This document shows positions 46,886 to 59,500 of a DNA stretch of 64,000 nt, in pieces. The stretch lies in contig JACUTV010000001.1 of NCBI GenBank assembly GCA_014859645.1, positions 33,823 to 97,822 of the forward strand, written 5' to 3'. How positions within the stretch are numbered: the stretch's first letter is position 1; each line of letters opens with the position of its first letter. The position numbers and the translations under genes were made by a program. Below the pieces are notes generated by a model, which saw only the letters and a list, made by a program, of their open reading frames with translations, made no database searches and had not been told where the DNA came from. Source of the DNA: Campylobacterales bacterium (lineage in GTDB: Bacteria > Campylobacterota > Campylobacteria > Campylobacterales > Campylobacteraceae).

Positions 46886-49388
46886 AAGGCAACTGCAAGG
46901 TGCGTTTAAGGATGTTATAAGGCGTCAAGAAGGTATCTTGCAAGAGATGGGTTGTGACCTCAGGGTTTTCTAATTTTCCGTGAAGTGTGATGGCGGTTGC
47001 AATGCTTTGGTCGTCCCCTAAAACCAAATGGTTCAGGAGGGGAATTTGGCTGATGGCATTGCTAATGTCTTTGAAGGTTTTGAGCTTGAGGTCTACATGT
47101 AAGGTGTCATCTTGAAGATTCACCACACCTTCGCCCACAATGTCCGCACTCGTTCCCTCAAGGTAAATAGCATGCAAGGTTAACACCTCTTCTTTTTGGC
47201 TAAAAACAATGTTCCCTTCTTTGATTTCATACCCACGTTCATTAAATCCAGGCCCTTTAAACAGTGCGAGGGAAGGGATTGTATTAATAAGTGCAATGAG
47301 ATTGTTGTACGCAACCATCTCTTTAAGATAGCTTTCGTGAATACTGAGCGTGCCAGAAAAAAATGTTGGATTTTCTCCTTTTAGTGTCAGTTCAAACACC
47401 CCTCCATCAAACATCTCTTTTTTGGCAAAATGGTTCATGAGTGTGGCGTCGGCACCAACAAGAGAGAGGTCAAGAGCAGTTGGCGTTTGAAAAAGCGTTA
47501 CATTCCCTTGCTCAAATGCGCCCACAAGATGTGTTTCTTTGGGAGAGGTTTTGAGTGTGTAGGTTGTGAAGGGGAGGGTTTGGTTTTGGTCAAGCAAAAG
47601 CAGGTGGCTGTTTTTGCCATGAATGGTTGTCGGTGTTTGACCTTGGGGGGAAGAGGGGGTGCCATCTAGTCCAATATCCAAGTTTTCCAAGAAAATCTCA
47701 CGCCCGCTTGCGGTTTGGTGCAATGAAAATCCTTCGGTGCTAGCTAGGGTTTTGGTGGCGTCTGCGTGTATTATAAAATGTGCCGTCTCAAGAGGACGCC
47801 CATCGCGGTAGAGTAAGGAATTTAGCTCAGTGATGTCTAAATCCACCGCGTAGGTTTTAAAATCAGGTGTGATGATGGTTGTCTTGCCTTTTAAAAATCC
47901 ATTTTCTTGCAACAACGAAGAGTGGGGGTATAGTAAGTCAAGGCGCGCAAGGGCGATGCGGTTTTCGTGCTCCCCAAAACGCAAAGAAGTGGCAAGCTTG
48001 GGGATGGAGATAAGCACATCAGGAGTGGAAAAATCCAAACGCAATGGCGAAGAAACCTTTGAAAGAGAGATAATATTTTCCCCTTGGTGCGCTACATGTA
48101 AGCGCTCAATCATCCCTTGACCCTCAAAGGTTCCTTCCGTGGTTTCAATAACCCCTGAGGCCACAAGGTCAAGGATATCTTCGTAGCGCAAATGGGCATC
48201 TCGAAGGGTTAATGTTGTGTTTTCAAGTCCAATGGTCGCTTCTCGTGAGTAAAAAGGCACGCCTGCGATGCGTATATTGGCATCATGAAGCAAGAAAGTA
48301 CCTTTGGCTTTAAGGCTGTAAGGCAAGAAGCGAATGTCAAGCTCTAATGTGCCATCGGTTATGCCACTGGTTTGAGAGAGCGGAATGGCAATCCCATAAG
48401 CTTGTAAGATGCGATGAATACGCGCATCAAGCTGTGTTTTTGTTTTTAGGGTAACAACAATGCCATTTTTTTCCGTCAAAAGATTGTAGATATAGACTTC
48501 CGATCGGCCTATGTCGATGCCTTCGTATGAGGCGGTGTCGATATGAAAAATGAGTTGATTATTGGAAAGTTCCACACTAAGGTTTTCGATGAGCGCAGGG
48601 GGCAGAGTGGGTTCAAAGGTGACTTTGACATCCTTGCCTCGCGCGAAGCCTTTCATCTCGTAAGGGAAGAAATCCCCGCTTAAAAGGTCGATTTTTCCTT
48701 CAAGAGAGTCGATTTGATACGCACTGGCAACAATCTTTTGATAAATCCATTCGCCTATCTCTTTTTCTAAGTTTACAGCAGTGCTCAACGCTTCCATGAA
48801 AGGTTCAAGGGTTTCAAAAGAGGTGGTTTGGGCCACATAAGAAAGAAGCATATCTTCAAGCTTTAGCGCAACACTTCCCGAGATGCCGTGTGTCGTGAAA
48901 TTTCCTTGAAAAAATCCTGCTTGCGTCAGGATGTCGAGGTCTAGACTCCCCTGGAGTTCGAGGTTAAAATCCTTTAAAAGCAGCTTTTTAATCCCTATGG
49001 CCGCCCCGCGCTCTAGGGGATTGAGCGTGGCGTCGATGGTGACATAATTGGAGTCTAAGTAAAACATATCGTGGTGATAGCGAAGGACGATATGTTCGTC
49101 CTCGTAGCGAAGATTTTCGATGTTGATAGAGTAAAAAAGGCGGTCCATCCACGGCAAATACTTCAAAATAGCAACGATTTCTTCCCGCGAATTTTCCTGC
49201 GAAGAGGCTTTATTGAGGCGCACTTCTTGTGCGCTTACAATCAGTTTTTTATGTAGCTTTATGTACAATTGATCGACATAAACCCCTCCTATCGAGAGAG
49301 AACTAATCCGAATCCCGTAAAAGAGAGTTGTTAGGAACGCGATGCAGAGAATAAAAAGTACTAAAATAGGCGTCCAAATTTTTTTCAT
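46869..49388 (-). CDS. Large membrane-anchored AsmA/YhdP-like protein
   Basis: About 840 aa; single N-terminal TM helix, then a long beta-rich periplasmic region. Start is uncertain (ATG 49388 or 49412; neither has a good SD). Confidence 0.5.
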   Translation of the reverse strand: MKKIWTPILVLFILCIAFLTTLFYGIRISSLSIGGVYVDQLYIKLHKKLIVSAQEVRLNKASSQENSREEIVAILKYLPWMDRLFYSINIENLRYEDEHIVLRYHHDMFYLDSNYVTIDATLNPLERGAAIGIKKLLLKDFNLELQGSLDLDILTQAGFFQGNFTTHGISGSVALKLEDMLLSYVAQTTSFETLEPFMEALSTAVNLEKEIGEWIYQKIVASAYQIDSLEGKIDLLSGDFFPYEMKGFARGKDVKVTFEPTLPPALIENLSVELSNNQLIFHIDTASYEGIDIGRSEVYIYNLLTEKNGIVVTLKTKTQLDARIHRILQAYGIAIPLSQTSGITDGTLELDIRFLPYSLKAKGTFLLHDANIRIAGVPFYSREATIGLENTTLTLRDAHLRYEDILDLVASGVIETTEGTFEGQGMIERLHVAHQGENIISLSKVSSPLRLDFSTPDVLISIPKLATSLRFGEHENRIALARLDLLYPHSSLLQENGFLKGKTTIITPDFKTYAVDLDITELNSLLYRDGRPLETAHFIIHADATKTLASTEGFSLHQTASGREIFLENLDIGLDGTPSSPQGQTPTTIHGKNSHLLLLDQNQTLPFTTYTLKTSPKETHLVGAFEQGNVTLFQTPTALDLSLVGADATLMNHFAKKEMFDGGVFELTLKGENPTFFSGTLSIHESYLKEMVAYNNLIALINTIPSLALFKGPGFNERGYEIKEGNIVFSQKEEVLTLHAIYLEGTSADIVGEGVVNLQDDTLHVDLKLKTFKDISNAISQIPLLNHLVLGDDQSIATAITLHGKLENPEVTTHLLQDTFLTPYNILKRTLQLPFKIFD

Positions 49389-50301
49389 TGTGTGTGATGT
49401 GATACTGATCATGCTATTGTCGCTTTTGTTTTATCTTACGCGTCCAGTGACGACCACGAGCGTGGTGTATGTGCCCAGTGGGACGATAGGCCAGATTATA
49501 ACATATCTTGAACAACGCCAATTCCACCTCTCTTCCACGATTGACAAGTACGTTGTTGCGCTTCTTGGATGGCCACAATCAGGCTGGATCGACATGGGGA
49601 CAACGCGGTTGTCTCGGGCAGATTTTTACTACAAACTCACCACCGCAAAAGCTGCCATGGTGCCCTTGACGCTCATTCCTGGTGAAACAACCGAAATGTT
49701 TTTTGAGCAAGTTGCACGGGATTTTGGACTCTCAAAGGCCCGTTTGCAAGAAGCCTATGCTGGTTTTACCCCTTATCCAGAAGGAGTGCTCTCACCTGAG
49801 ACGTACCATGTTCCCATGGGGATTGGCGAGCGCCACTTGGTGTTTTATCTCGTCTCCCTTTCCAAAGCTTCCCATGAAGCGTTGGCGCAAAAGATTTTTG
49901 GAGAGTATAACGAGCGGCGATGGTATCGGTATGTGATTATCGCTTCTATCATCCAAAAAGAAGCAGGTTCAGTGAAAGAGATGCCCTTGGTTTCTTCGGT
50001 GATTTACAATCGCCTTAAAAAAGGGATGCGTTTGCAAATGGACGGCACGTTAAATTATGGGCCTTATTCTAACACCAAAGTCACCCCACAACGCATCCGT
50101 GAGGACGATTCGCCTTATAATACCTACAAACACGCAGGCCTTCCCCCGCACCCTGTGGCCACGGTGAGTAAAGAAGCCTTGCGGGCGGCTATTTTCCCCA
50201 AAGAGACGGAATATCTTTATTTTGTGCGCACGGCGAGCGGAAAACATACCTTTACAAAAACCTATGCCGAACACCAACGCGCCATGAATCAAGGCAGGTG
50301 A
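49342..50301 (+). CDS. mltG: Endolytic murein transglycosylase MltG (YceG family)
   Basis: N-terminal TM helix and YceG core (YNTYKHAGLPPHPVATVS). ATG 49342 has AGGAA 4 nt upstream; an alternative GTG at 49390 would avoid overlap with the divergent gene. Confidence 0.8.
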   Translation: MQRIKSTKIGVQIFFIVCDVILIMLLSLLFYLTRPVTTTSVVYVPSGTIGQIITYLEQRQFHLSSTIDKYVVALLGWPQSGWIDMGTTRLSRADFYYKLTTAKAAMVPLTLIPGETTEMFFEQVARDFGLSKARLQEAYAGFTPYPEGVLSPETYHVPMGIGERHLVFYLVSLSKASHEALAQKIFGEYNERRWYRYVIIASIIQKEAGSVKEMPLVSSVIYNRLKKGMRLQMDGTLNYGPYSNTKVTPQRIREDDSPYNTYKHAGLPPHPVATVSKEALRAAIFPKETEYLYFVRTASGKHTFTKTYAEHQRAMNQGR

Positions 50302-50307
50302 ACAATC

Positions 50308-50336
50308 CCTTTACATGTAAGCCTTACATGTAAAGG
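50308..50336. repeat. Two back-to-back motif copies forming a 29-bp palindrome
   Basis: CCTTTACATGTAAG-C-CTTACATGTAAAGG, 6 nt after the mltG stop. Confidence 0.9.
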
Positions 50337-50367
50337 TTTAAGCTTTTGAGTTACTTGGGCACTTTAG

Positions 50368-52638
<2,271 letters not shown>

Positions 52639-52646
52639 AACCGCAC

Positions 52647-53582
52647 ATGAGCAAGGTAGCCATTATTGGAGCGGGTAATGTAGGGGCAAGTATCGCCAGT
52701 ATGCTTGCATTTAATCAGCTATGTAGGGATGTTGTTTTGTACGACATCGCCAAGGAAGTAGCGCAAGGAAAAGCCTACGATATCGCCCAGGCCGCTTCCA
52801 TTACGCACTCAAGTACGGCCGTACATGTAGCACAAGATATGGATGCCTTACAGGGAGCTTCTGTGGTAGTAATTACCGCAGGAAGTCCGCGAAAGCCAGG
52901 GATGAGTCGCGAGGATTTGTTGTTTAAAAATGCTTCGATTATGAAGTCCCTTTGCCTTGACATCAAACGCGTAGCGCCAGAATCCATCATCATTGTGGTT
53001 TCAAACCCTTTAGATGCCATGGTGTATGTGGCCTTGCAGCACACAGGATTTCCGCGGGAGCGGGTCGTTGGTATGGCGGGAGTACTAGACAGCGCAAGGA
53101 TGGCGCATGCTATCACTGAAGCGGCAGGTTTTGGCGAGGGGCAAGTTGAAGCACTTGTGATAGGAGGCCATGGTGACGCCATGGTTCCTCTCCCCCGTTT
53201 TTCAACGCTCAAAGGAGTGCCTATTGCGGATATATTGAGTGAAGAAGCACTCACTGGAGTCGTGAAAACAACCCAAGCAGGAGGGGCTAGGATTGTCTCT
53301 TTGATGGGAACCTCTGCTTACTACGCCCCTGCAGCGGCTGTGTGCGCTATGGTAGAGTCAATTCTTAAAGACTTAAACCGATTGATGCCTTGTGCGTATT
53401 TATTGGAAGGCGAATACGGATACTCCGATATTGTAACCGGTGTCGTGGTTGCTCTAGGACGTCAAGGGGTCAGCTCTCACCTTGCATTGCCGCTAAATAC
53501 CCAAGAGCGCAATGCCCTAAAAGAGAGTGTTCAAGAGGTTGCCGCGCAGATTATGTTACTAAATTCCCACTCCCTTTGTTAA
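52647..53582 (+). CDS. mdh: Malate dehydrogenase (LDH-like family)
   Basis: 311 aa; IIGAGNVGAS Rossmann motif; NPLD and GGHGD motifs. Confidence 0.9.
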   Translation: MSKVAIIGAGNVGASIASMLAFNQLCRDVVLYDIAKEVAQGKAYDIAQAASITHSSTAVHVAQDMDALQGASVVVITAGSPRKPGMSREDLLFKNASIMKSLCLDIKRVAPESIIIVVSNPLDAMVYVALQHTGFPRERVVGMAGVLDSARMAHAITEAAGFGEGQVEALVIGGHGDAMVPLPRFSTLKGVPIADILSEEALTGVVKTTQAGGARIVSLMGTSAYYAPAAAVCAMVESILKDLNRLMPCAYLLEGEYGYSDIVTGVVVALGRQGVSSHLALPLNTQERNALKESVQEVAAQIMLLNSHSLC

Positions 53583-53605
53583 GTTGTCATAAATAACCAA
53601 TAAAA

Positions 53606-53634
53606 TTGAAACAATTTTGAAATTAAGTTATACT
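53606..53634 (+). promoter_or_regulatory. sucC operon promoter TTGAAA-N17-TATACT
   Basis: Good sigma-70-like spacing; implies a leader of about 160 nt before sucC. Confidence 0.45.
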
Positions 53635-53799
53635 TTTTTTCGAAACAAAGGGTTGCGAGTGCCGTATTTTCCCAACCTTAAAGTTGCAGTAAATTCTCAC
53701 TATAGTTATGATTTGTATCGTTTTTGATAGATAAGTCGTACTACAGTTATCGACAATTTAAGGCCTAAGCCTTGCGGTGAGGGCTCTCTAGGAGGTTTG

Positions 53800-54975
53800 A
53801 TGAATATTCACGAGTATCAGGCAAAGGAAATCTTCAGTCGTTTTGGTGTACCTGTTCCAAAAGGTTACATTGCCTTTAGTGTGGACGAGGCAGTGGAAAA
53901 CGCCAAAAAGCTAGGCGGGTCGGTTTGGGTAGTAAAAGCTCAAATTCATGCAGGAGGAAGAGGTCTTGGGGGTGGTGTTAAGCTAGCGCGAAGCCTTGAA
54001 GAAGTCAAAGAGCACGCGCAAGCCATTTTAGGCATGACACTCGTGACACATCAAACAGGTCCTGAGGGCAAAGTGGTAGGCAAGGTCTACATTGAAGAGG
54101 GTGCAGACATCGCCGATGAGTTGTATCTTGGTATTGTGTTAGACCGCGCCAAAGAAATGCCACTCATTATGGCTTCTACGGAAGGGGGCATGGAGATTGA
54201 AAAGGTTGCTGCGTCCACGCCTGAGAAAATCATCAAAGTGACTATCGACCCAAGTATTGGCTTTCAAGGCTACCATGGCAGGGAACTTGCCTTTGGTTTA
54301 GGACTTCCTAAAGAGCAAGTGAGCGCCTTTATTAAATTTGCTTCAGCACTGTATGCGTTATACATGCAAAATGACGCGGAAATGATTGAAATTAACCCTT
54401 TAGTAAAAACAGGTGCGGGTGCTTTTGTCGCCCTAGATGCCAAAATGGGGTTTGATGATAGCGCTTTAGGGCGTCATCCTGACATTGCCGCCATGCGTGA
54501 CATCACTGAAGAGGACCCAGCTGAGCGTGAAGCGGGCGAGTTTGGCTTGAGTTATGTAAAGCTTGATGGCAACGTAGGATGCATGGTTAATGGCGCAGGA
54601 CTTGCCATGGGTACGATGGATACAATCAATTACGTCGGCGGTACACCAGCAAACTTCTTAGACGTGGGCGGCGGGGCCAATGCCCAAACTGTCGCCAAAG
54701 GCTTTGAGATTATCCTTAAAGATCCCAATGTTAAATCTATCTTTGTTAATATTTTTGGCGGCATTGTGCGATGTGACCGCATTGCTAATGGTATTTTAGA
54801 AGCTACGAAACTGGTAAATGTAAGTGTGCCAGTGATCGTAAGGCTTGATGGTACCAATGCCAAAGAAGCCGCAGAAATTTTAAAACAAGCCAAAATTGCC
54901 AATATTATTACGGCTTATGACCTTGAAGATGGTGCCAAAAAGGCAGTGGCTGCAGCTAAGGGAGAAAACGTATGA
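53800..54975 (+). CDS. sucC: Succinyl-CoA synthetase beta subunit
   Basis: [13 protein letters not shown]-terminus; ATP-grasp domain; GGAGG SD. Confidence 0.95.
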   Translation: MNIHEYQAKEIFSRFGVPVPKGYIAFSVDEAVENAKKLGGSVWVVKAQIHAGGRGLGGGVKLARSLEEVKEHAQAILGMTLVTHQTGPEGKVVGKVYIEEGADIADELYLGIVLDRAKEMPLIMASTEGGMEIEKVAASTPEKIIKVTIDPSIGFQGYHGRELAFGLGLPKEQVSAFIKFASALYALYMQNDAEMIEINPLVKTGAGAFVALDAKMGFDDSALGRHPDIAAMRDITEEDPAEREAGEFGLSYVKLDGNVGCMVNGAGLAMGTMDTINYVGGTPANFLDVGGGANAQTVAKGFEIILKDPNVKSIFVNIFGGIVRCDRIANGILEATKLVNVSVPVIVRLDGTNAKEAAEILKQAKIANIITAYDLEDGAKKAVAAAKGENV

Positions 54976-55847
54976 GTATTTTAGTAAACCAAGAGACGAA
55001 AGTGATTGTTCAAGGATTTACAGGTAAAGAGGGCAGTTTTCACGCACAACAGTGTTTGGAGTATGGCACGAAGATTGTAGGCGGCGTGACGCCGGGCAAG
55101 GGAGGCCAAACACATCTTAATCTACCTGTGTTTGACACGGTTTCTAGCGCGGTGAGCGCAACAGGTGCTACGGTGAGCATGGTTTTCGTTCCTCCTGCTT
55201 TTGTGGCGGATGCGGTGATGGAAGCTGCGGATGCAGGGATTGCCCTTGCAGTAATCATCACCGAAGGTGCCCCTGTGCGTGACATGCAGATGGCTAAGGC
55301 GTATGCAACCAAAAAAGGGATGAAAACCATTGGGCCAAACTGCCCAGGGATTATTACAGCTGGCGAATGTAAGATTGGCATCATGCCAGGTGTGATTTTC
55401 AAAAAAGGTTCTGTGGGACTCATTTCAAAATCAGGCACTTTGACCTATGAGGGCGCCAACCAAGTGTGCAAAGAAGGCCTTGGGATTAGCACGGCTGTGG
55501 GCATTGGGGGCGATCCTATCATCGGACTGAGCTATAAAGAACTGTTACCCTTGTTTGAAGCAGACCCACAAACAGAAGCTATTGTACTCATCGGAGAAAT
55601 TGGTGGGGATTTAGAGATTCAAGCCGCAGCGTTTATTAAAGAGAATATTACCAAACCCGTGGTAGCATTCATCGCTGGACAAACTGCCCCAAAAGGCAAG
55701 CGCATGGGACATGCAGGCGCAATTGTGAGTGGGAGCGCAGGAACAGCAGCAGAAAAGATGGAAGCACTACGTGCCGCAGGTGTGAGCGTGGTTCAATCTC
55801 CCGCTGATATTGGTAAAAAAATAGCTGAGGTTTTAAACAAACGATAA
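54972..55847 (+). CDS. sucD: Succinyl-CoA synthetase alpha subunit
   Basis: [14 protein letters not shown], phosphohistidine motif MGHAGAI. Confidence 0.95.
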   Translation: MSILVNQETKVIVQGFTGKEGSFHAQQCLEYGTKIVGGVTPGKGGQTHLNLPVFDTVSSAVSATGATVSMVFVPPAFVADAVMEAADAGIALAVIITEGAPVRDMQMAKAYATKKGMKTIGPNCPGIITAGECKIGIMPGVIFKKGSVGLISKSGTLTYEGANQVCKEGLGISTAVGIGGDPIIGLSYKELLPLFEADPQTEAIVLIGEIGGDLEIQAAAFIKENITKPVVAFIAGQTAPKGKRMGHAGAIVSGSAGTAAEKMEALRAAGVSVVQSPADIGKKIAEVLNKR

Positions 55848-55882
55848 CCCTTTGTGGGTAATCACATTATAAGGAGAGACGG

Positions 55883-56200
55883 ATGAGCGTCATGGCGGCA
55901 CCGGAGGAAACTCCGGTTTGGGTCAATACCACACGCTGTAAGGCATGTGATGTATGTGTAAGTTTGTGTCCTGCAGGAGTTCTAGCAATGGTTCCAGCTC
56001 CTGGTTCAACGCTAGGGTCGATGATTGAAGTGGTGGAACCAACTTCGTGTATTGGCTGTAGGGATTGTGAGCTTCACTGTCCGGATTTTGCTATTTATGT
56101 GGCTGAGCGTGGTGAGTTTAAATTTGCAAAACTGACCGACGAAGCAAAGGCACGAGCTGAAGCTGTCAAGCTAAATGCCTATCGAAAATTGAGCGCATAG
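55883..56200 (+). CDS. oorD: 2-oxoglutarate:ferredoxin oxidoreductase delta (ferredoxin) subunit
   Basis: 105 aa; two 4Fe-4S motifs, CKACDVCVSLCP and CIGCRDCELHCP. Confidence 0.9.
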   Translation: MSVMAAPEETPVWVNTTRCKACDVCVSLCPAGVLAMVPAPGSTLGSMIEVVEPTSCIGCRDCELHCPDFAIYVAERGEFKFAKLTDEAKARAEAVKLNAYRKLSA

Positions 56201-56209
56201 GGAGAATGA

Positions 56210-57343
56210 ATGGCTAGAGAAGTAGTATCAAGTGGCAATGCGCTCGCAGCTAAAGCTGCCGTAGAGTGTGGATGTAATTTTTTTGGTGGCTATCCCATCA
56301 CACCTTCGAGTGAAATTGCGCACGATTTGAGTGTTTTATTGCCACGCAGTGGCGGAACGTTTATTCAGATGGAAGATGAGATTGCAGGTATTTCCGTTGC
56401 TCTTGGGGCGTCTATGAGTGGTGCAAAAGCCATGACGGCTTCTTCGGGACCCGGTATCTCTTTAAAAGCGGAACAAATTGGCCTTGGGTTTATCGCAGAG
56501 ATTCCTTTGGTAATTGTTAATGTTATGCGTGGTGGCCCCTCTACTGGTCTTCCAACACGCGTTTCACAAGCAGACATTGGTCAAGCAAAATACCCAACCC
56601 ACGGGGACTTTGAGTCTATCTCTTTGTGTCCTGGTAGTTTGGAAGAAGCCTACACAGAGACAGTGCGAGCATTTAATATTGCTGAAAAATACATGACACC
56701 AGTATTTGTGTTGCTAGATGAAACCCTGGGACACATGCACGGTAAAGCGATTTTGCCAGATTTGGAAGTGATTCAAAGCAGTATTGTGAAGCGCAAGGAA
56801 TTCGCAGGCGACCCGCTAGAATATCGCCCTTACGAAGCCGGCCCAACGGAACCCGCAACCCTCAACCCTTTCTTCAAAGGTTACCGCTATCACGTTACGG
56901 GGTTGCACCATGGACCTACAGGCTTTCCCACAGAAGATGAGCACCAATGCCAGTACAATATCAGCCGACTCATGAATAAAATTCGCGCCAATCACGAAGA
57001 TTTGGTACGCTATGAAGAGTATATGTTAGACGACGCAGAAGTGTGTATTATTGCCTATGGTAGTATTTCACGTGCGGCAAAAGAAGCGGTGGTTAAACTG
57101 CGTTCTGAGGGCATTAAGGCAGGATTATTTCGACCTATCACCCTGTGGCCAAGTCCTAAAAAACGTATGCGCGAAATCTCAGCACGTTTTAAAAAGATTT
57201 TTGTGACAGAATTAAACATGGGGCAATATCTTGAAGAGATTCAACGTGTGATGAAGCGAGATGATTTTGGAACCTTGCATAAAGCCAACGGGCGCCCCAT
57301 TGCTCCTAGTGAAATGGTAGCAAAAGTTAAGGAGATGATGTAA
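56210..57343 (+). CDS. oorA: 2-oxoglutarate:ferredoxin oxidoreductase alpha subunit
   Basis: 377 aa; pyruvate/2-oxoacid:ferredoxin oxidoreductase alpha-domain pattern. Confidence 0.9.
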   Translation: MAREVVSSGNALAAKAAVECGCNFFGGYPITPSSEIAHDLSVLLPRSGGTFIQMEDEIAGISVALGASMSGAKAMTASSGPGISLKAEQIGLGFIAEIPLVIVNVMRGGPSTGLPTRVSQADIGQAKYPTHGDFESISLCPGSLEEAYTETVRAFNIAEKYMTPVFVLLDETLGHMHGKAILPDLEVIQSSIVKRKEFAGDPLEYRPYEAGPTEPATLNPFFKGYRYHVTGLHHGPTGFPTEDEHQCQYNISRLMNKIRANHEDLVRYEEYMLDDAEVCIIAYGSISRAAKEAVVKLRSEGIKAGLFRPITLWPSPKKRMREISARFKKIFVTELNMGQYLEEIQRVMKRDDFGTLHKANGRPIAPSEMVAKVKEMM

Positions 57344-58176
57344 TGGCCTTTAATTATGACGAATACTTACGCAGTGACAAAATGCCTACGTTGTGGTGTT
57401 GGGGCTGTGGCGACGGGGTTATCTTAAAAGCGATTATCCGCGCGATTGAAAAACTGGGCTGGGACATGAACGACGTGTGTGTGGTTTCAGGCATTGGCTG
57501 TAGTGGACGAACCAGTTCGTATATCAACTGTAACACCGTTCACACGACCCATGGTCGTGCTATCGCTTACGCTACAGGCATTAAGCTTGCCAACCCCACC
57601 AAAAAAGTCATCGTAGTGACAGGTGATGGCGACGGTTTGGCAATCGGGGGAAATCACACCATTCACGGGTGCCGAAGAAATATCGATTTGAACCATGTGC
57701 TTATCAATAACTTCATTTATGGTCTTACTAACTCTCAAACCTCTCCTACGACCCCTCAGGGCATGTGGACAGTGACAGCGCAGTATGGCAATATTGATCC
57801 GAGTTTTGATGCTGCTGTGTTGGCTGAGGCAGCAGGTGCGACCTTTGTGGCGCGCGAGTCAGTGTTGGACCCCAAGAAACTTGAAAAAGTTTTTGTGGAG
57901 GGTTTTAAGCACGAGGGTTATTCCTTTTTTGATATTTTTTCCAACTGCCACATCAACCTTGGCCGAAAAAATAAAATGGGCGATGCGATTCAAAACCTTA
58001 AGTGGATTGAGGGACGTATTACACCCAAGAAAAAATACGATGAATTTAGCGAAGAAGAACGAAAAAATAAGTTTCCCACAGGCATTTTAAAGCATGACAC
58101 AACCCAACTTGAGTACTGTAAAGGGTACCAAAAAGTGATTGAAGCAGCTCAAACAAAAAGCCAAGTGAAGCTCTAA
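57343..58176 (+). CDS. oorB: 2-oxoglutarate:ferredoxin oxidoreductase beta (TPP-binding) subunit
   Basis: WCWGCGDG and GDGDGLAIGGNH TPP motifs. Confidence 0.9.
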   Translation: MAFNYDEYLRSDKMPTLWCWGCGDGVILKAIIRAIEKLGWDMNDVCVVSGIGCSGRTSSYINCNTVHTTHGRAIAYATGIKLANPTKKVIVVTGDGDGLAIGGNHTIHGCRRNIDLNHVLINNFIYGLTNSQTSPTTPQGMWTVTAQYGNIDPSFDAAVLAEAAGATFVARESVLDPKKLEKVFVEGFKHEGYSFFDIFSNCHINLGRKNKMGDAIQNLKWIEGRITPKKKYDEFSEEERKNKFPTGILKHDTTQLEYCKGYQKVIEAAQTKSQVKL

Positions 58177-58185
58177 GGAGGCGGG

Positions 58186-58737
58186 ATGCGAAGTCAGTTA
58201 CGATTTGTTGGTGTAGGTGGTCAAGGAGTTATTTTGGCAGGGGAGATTTTGGCTGCTGCAAAAATAAAAGATGGTGGGTATGGCGTTAAAGCGTCTACGT
58301 ACACCTCGCAAGTGCGTGGCGGTCCAACCAAAGTAGATATTTTGTTGGACGAGGGCGAGATTTTGTTTCCCTACGCCAATGAAGGCGAGATTGAGTTCAT
58401 GCTCGCTACGGCACAGGTGAGCTACGATCAGTTTAAAGAAGGGGTAAAAGAGGGTGGGATTATCGTTGTAGAGCCAAACCTTGTGAAGCCTTCTGATGAA
58501 GACCGCAAGAAATGGCGAATTTACGAGATTCCTATTATTACCATTGCTAAAGAAGAAGTGGGCAACGTAATTACCCAGTCGGTTGTTGCCTTAGCGATCG
58601 CCCTTGAGATGACAGAAGTCCTTGACCATGATTTGGTCAAGGGAGTCATGCTTTCTAAGGTCCCTGAAAAAGTACACGCATCAAACATTAAAGCCTTTGA
58701 TTTGGGCATTAAGTACGCTAAAGAAGCACTTGCATAA
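58186..58737 (+). CDS. oorC: 2-oxoglutarate:ferredoxin oxidoreductase gamma subunit
   Basis: 183 aa; GVGGQGV motif. Confidence 0.9.
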   Translation: MRSQLRFVGVGGQGVILAGEILAAAKIKDGGYGVKASTYTSQVRGGPTKVDILLDEGEILFPYANEGEIEFMLATAQVSYDQFKEGVKEGGIIVVEPNLVKPSDEDRKKWRIYEIPIITIAKEEVGNVITQSVVALAIALEMTEVLDHDLVKGVMLSKVPEKVHASNIKAFDLGIKYAKEALA

Positions 58738-58755
58738 CCCTTACATGTAAAGGGG
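58738..58755. repeat. Palindromic motif copy CCCTTACATGTAAAGGGG
   Basis: Begins immediately after the oorC stop codon. Confidence 0.9.
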
Positions 58756-58770
58756 TTTAATCCCCTTTAC
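58747..58770. terminator. Hairpin between convergent oorC and the marC-family gene
   Basis: 9-bp stem GTAAAGGGG/CCCCTTTAC with a 6-nt loop; the left arm is the right half of a TTACATGTAA copy; no clean U-tract. Confidence 0.35.
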
Positions 58771-59366
58771 AATTCTAAAAAATTTTTAATTCCCGTAAAC
58801 ACAATCTGCGCAGCCAGAGCGGCAAGTACAAGCCCTGTAATCTTACTGAGTACCGTCAAGCCATTTTTTCCAACCACACGTTCAATCGCACCTGAAAAAT
58901 AGAGCATCACGCCCACGCTTCCCACGGCTAAAATAAGCGCAAAAAGTCCTTGTAGAGTTTGATGTACCCCTTCCATGCCCGCACCCATCACAAGCAAAGC
59001 ACCAATGGTACCTGGCCCGATAGTGATAGGAATCGCCAAAGGCACAACTGCAATGGAGTTTACCTCTTTGGGAAGCGCATCGGTTTTTGGCCCTTGGATG
59101 AGTGAAACGGCAGTTAAGAAAAGTAGTGCCCCCGCCCCAATGCGAAAGGCGTCTAGGGTGATACCAAAAAGGTCAAAAATATAATTTCCGAAAAAAAGTA
59201 AAATGGTACATGCAAAAATCACCGAAGCGCTTACATGTAAAGCAAGCTTCTTTTTTGCAACACTACTTTCTTCTTTGGTCATCACTAAAAACATCGAAAG
59301 TACAAAAAACGGGGTCATTAAAAAGAAAAATTTAATGTATACCGAGACAATAAACGACCAATCCAC
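58767..59366 (-). CDS. MarC-family integral membrane protein
   Basis: Six TM helices. Start set at GTG 59366, 5 nt after AAAGGAG, with a TATAAT box at 59394..59399; the ORF track extends to 59441. Confidence 0.75.
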   Translation of the reverse strand: MDWSFIVSVYIKFFFLMTPFFVLSMFLVMTKEESSVAKKKLALHVSASVIFACTILLFFGNYIFDLFGITLDAFRIGAGALLFLTAVSLIQGPKTDALPKEVNSIAVVPLAIPITIGPGTIGALLVMGAGMEGVHQTLQGLFALILAVGSVGVMLYFSGAIERVVGKNGLTVLSKITGLVLAALAAQIVFTGIKNFLEL

Positions 59367-59500
59367 ACAGACTCCTTTGTATAAAAAAACGGCATTATAC
59401 TCATCTTGTCTTAGAAGTACCTCTTTTGCACGCAAGGTCAAAAAGGGATTTCATGGCACAAAGGCATGTAATCCATTACTTTTTATATAATTCAAATGTA

